From Centroscyllium fabricii (lineage: Eukaryota): a DNA stretch of 64,000 nt. The stretch lies in the NCBI GenBank assembly GCA_051313645.2, contig JBNRSN020000002.1, positions 576,724,001 through 576,788,000 of the forward strand, read 5' to 3'. The notes under the pieces were generated by a model that worked only from the letters and a program-made list of their open reading frames with translations, had not been told where the DNA came from and ran no database searches. Position numbers and translations under genes: made by a program. The first letter of the stretch is position 1. Every line of letters starts with the position of its first letter. Shown here piece by piece: positions 1 through 64,000 of the stretch.

Positions 1-192
1 AAGTAATCTCTGCCAACAACTTCAATACCATGTTGATGATCATTTCATATTTGAAGACCAGCTCAGAACTAATGATAATACAACATGGAAGGGAAATGAG
101 CTGGACAAGGACAGTCAGTCATACAACCTTACATACGATGGATAAACGTACAGAAAAGGAGATGCAAATACAAGTAGAGAAGCCAAGATTAC

Positions 193-61378
<61,186 letters not shown>

Positions 61379-61793
61379 CTGCGACGAATATAGACCGTTA
61401 TTTGCTGCAGATGAGCTTGTCCATAATTGAAAACAAAGCATTCAATATTGAATTTCGACACATCAACCATCAATAATAATGTCTCACAAGACTACCATCT
61501 TAATCCGAAGGTTTTACTTAATTATTATGGGCTGTATCAGGTTTATTAAATAGGTTCATCACAAGCCACGTGTAGCTAATTAGGAATCCACATGTGGCTA
61601 ATTGCACTTATAGATTAGCAAATATATAATGAGTAATAGGTACCATTGTTGGGTATGTGATCTCAATACTGATATTAGCTGGTCTGGCGCATCTCGTTGT
61701 GTGAAACATCATTCTCAGCAATCACTCTGATGAAGTCAAAGTACAGCTCGCAACTGCTGGACAAAAACCGAGAAGCTGCACCAAGATGTGCTG

Positions 61794-62030
61794 CAATGAA
61801 AACAGAAAATGCTAGAAATACTCAAGTCAGGCAGCAACTGTGGAGAGAAACACAGAGTTAACGTTTCAGGTCGATGACCTTTCGTCAGAACGAATTTTCA
61901 TCAGAATCAGGTCATTGGCCTGAAACGTTAACTCGGTTTCTTTCTCCACAGATGCTGCCTGACCGGCTGAGTATTTCCAGCATTTTGTGTTTTTATTTCA
62001 GATTTCCAGCATCCGCAGTATTTTGCTTTT
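61794..62030. mobile_element. Palindromic Penelope-type pseudo-LTR, second family
   Basis: Inverted arms (…CAGATGCTGCCTGAC…GAGTATTTCCAGCATTTT); flanks GCACCAAGATGTGCTG / GCACTAACATGTGCTG (14/16 match). Confidence 0.75.
61857..61891 (-). ncRNA. Minimal type I hammerhead ribozyme motif (second family)
   Basis: GTT-CTGACGA-A-AGGTC(ATC)GACCT-GAAA-CGTT-AAC. Confidence 0.75.
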
Positions 62031-62516
62031 GCACTAACATGTGCTGTGTCTGATAAATTCATGCCAGAGTTCAACATTTATACTTCAGTCACTTATCATA
62101 AGAGTAACGTACGGCTCTCTCTCTGCTACAACAGACGGACTGGCCAGCTCCCATTACCGTGCATCTTGTTAATTTTCATATGTAGCTTTGATGCAGAATT
62201 GGGACGGAGGAAAAAATAATGCGGTGTATTTTGTAGCTTTTAAACGAAGCAATAAATTGGTCAAGAACATATATTTTTGTTTCGAAACCAAAATCCACAA
62301 ATATTCAGCCATGAGCAAACTCAGCCAGCCAGCCAAGTTACACATGTTGACTTTGCTTCTGGAATTGCTTCAATCTAAAGCAGTCCAGATAAGAAAATGT
62401 GCGAAGCAGATAATGGGAGAGTCCGTAAAGGAGAACAGAAACATGGGGGGGGTTTCCCCAAAGGTGCGGGAACCTGGCGCCTATTGGTCGGCTCGGGTTT
62501 CTGTCCCGCCCGCCCG

Positions 62517-62919
62517 CGGCGGCACGGTGGCACAGTGGTTAGCATTGTTGTCTCACAGCACTGGAGACCCGGGTTCAAATCCAGCCTCGGGTACTATCTG
62601 TGTGGAGTTTGCACATGCTCCCTGTGTCTGCGTGGGTTTCCTCCGGGTGCTCCGGTTTCCTCCCACAGTCCAAAGATGTGCGGGTTAGGTTGATTGGCCA
62701 TGATAAATTGACCATTAGTGTTAGAGGGTTTGAATATGTGGGGTTACGGGGATAGGGTGGGGTATGTGTCGATGGAGGCTCGATAGGGATCGAGGGATAT
62801 GGGGAGAGGGCAGGCGCGGGGTGCTGGGTTTGGATGATCAGCCATGATCTCATTGAATGGCGGAGCAGGCTCGAAGGGCCGAATGGCCTACTCCTGCTCC
62901 TAGTTTCTATGTTGCTATG
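62517..62919 (+). mobile_element. HE1-like V-SINE, full length
   Basis: A box TGGCACAGTGG, B box GGTTCAAATCC, V-domain, CR1 family A tail. Confidence 0.88.
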
Positions 62920-63434
62920 GGCCTGGAAACCCCACACAATTTTCCCTAAATTGATCAATTAAATCCCCGCGTGCGGGGAGCCACTTTCAATTGCCTGACT
63001 CGAGTCGGCAATCAAGACGCTACAGCTGGGAGCGAGGACTTTGACTGACAGTTGTATGGACTATCTGTTGACAGTTGCCGTGGAAACACTCCATTGTGAC
63101 ATCACAATGGAGTGCAACCAGTCGCAAAGCCCAAGTGGTTTGAGTGACAGGTGGACGGTCGCGCTGGAAATCTTTCACAGTCAGGGACCATCTCTCAATC
63201 CATCTGTCAAGGTTAAGTTTTTTATCCACAGATGGCCCTCAGAAAAGGGAGTCACTTACATCTCCAGGGTGTTGAAGGCCTGGAAAGCATTCTGCTCTAG
63301 GTCCTTCAATGCCTTGAAGGTGAACGTGACCAAGGCCACTGGGCTCCCGCTGGGTTTCAGGATGGCAGGGTTTGGGTGGGAAAGGGTTTAAAATAGGTGA
63401 GGGCCCTTAAAATGTGATTATCTAGTCCAATTAA

Positions 63435-63648
63435 GGGCCCTCGATTACCTCAACGAGCATTGCCGCCGGTGGCAGGCGGGAAAGATTCGGGCCGGCTGGA
63501 CACGCCGACCAAAACTTACAAGCCAGCGGCAATCCGGCACGGGGGGGGGGGGGGGGAGAGAGGGGGGGTGTCGGGATCCCCTGGTTCCGTGATTTTAGGC
63601 CCCGCCCCGCCAGAAAGCCGCCCTCACGGACCCGCAAAAATTACCCCC
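63435..63648. mobile_element. Possible degenerate Harbinger-type MITE
   Basis: GC-rich island starting TAA-GGGCCC and ending AAATTACCCCC; TSD not matched. Confidence 0.3.
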
Positions 63649-64000
63649 ATGATTTTGAAATGCTATCCATTAACTTAGAGCGAACTTGAAGCCACTTTGC
63701 TGAATAGGACTGTTCAAAACAACTAGATCAAAATACTGTCAGTTTTTTTTAGCAAATAATTTAAATTGAAGTCACTAGTAATGCAAGTAACTGGGGGAAC
63801 AACAGTTACTTTCTTTTGGTGGGCCAGTAGCAAATTCAAGACCTGCATAAACAGTCTAAGCATGCAAGGGACGTGATGTAAAAGCCATGCTCCGGATTCG
63901 GATTCAAGTTTAATTATCTTCCTATTTAGCATTCATTTTCACTAAAATGCCCAATATGAAAAAGTATACCAAGTTAGCATCCATCCAGAAAAACGCTGAT

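Noticed and set aside
1-75. Further USP54 exon at the window start
   Set aside because: The candidate acceptors I tried give in-frame stops and no similarity to the expected sequence.
61900-61935. Plus-strand hammerhead in the second-family palindrome
   Set aside because: GAAACGTT and stem II remain but the CTGANGA core is lost at the inversion junction.
63255-63360. Upstream USP54 exon suggested by a GTAAGT donor
   Set aside because: The translation does not match the expected preceding exon (…FQLGIMDDAAECF), which must lie beyond the window.

Overview
Eukaryotic, repeat-rich genomic DNA, most likely from a cartilaginous fish (shark-type HE1/V-SINE, Deu-domain SINE, CR1 LINEs). The whole window lies inside one minus-strand gene, USP54 (ubiquitin-specific peptidase 54). 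I traced 17 GT-AG coding exons from 61378 down to 193. They join in frame with consistent phases (4375 nt, about 1458 codons) and cover most of the USP domain, the MIT-like helical region and the long disordered tail. The first exons (start codon, Cys box) and the last exons lie outside the window. The introns hold CR1-, L2-, Rex1- and Jockey/CR1-like LINE fragments, SINEs, Tc1/mariner-type (TA TSD) and PIF/Harbinger-type (3-bp TSD) non-autonomous transposons, and minisatellites. The most notable items are four small palindromic Penelope-derived insertions carrying five intact-looking minimal hammerhead ribozyme motifs (three in the sense of the USP54 pre-mRNA); a 4.2-kb TIR-bounded composite element inflated by a 21-bp minisatellite; a SINE 3'-tail swap between two LINE families; a perfect 99-bp duplication flanking a SINE fragment; and a tandem array of IR1 nuclear-receptor-like elements. 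Family names come from sequence recognition, not database searches.
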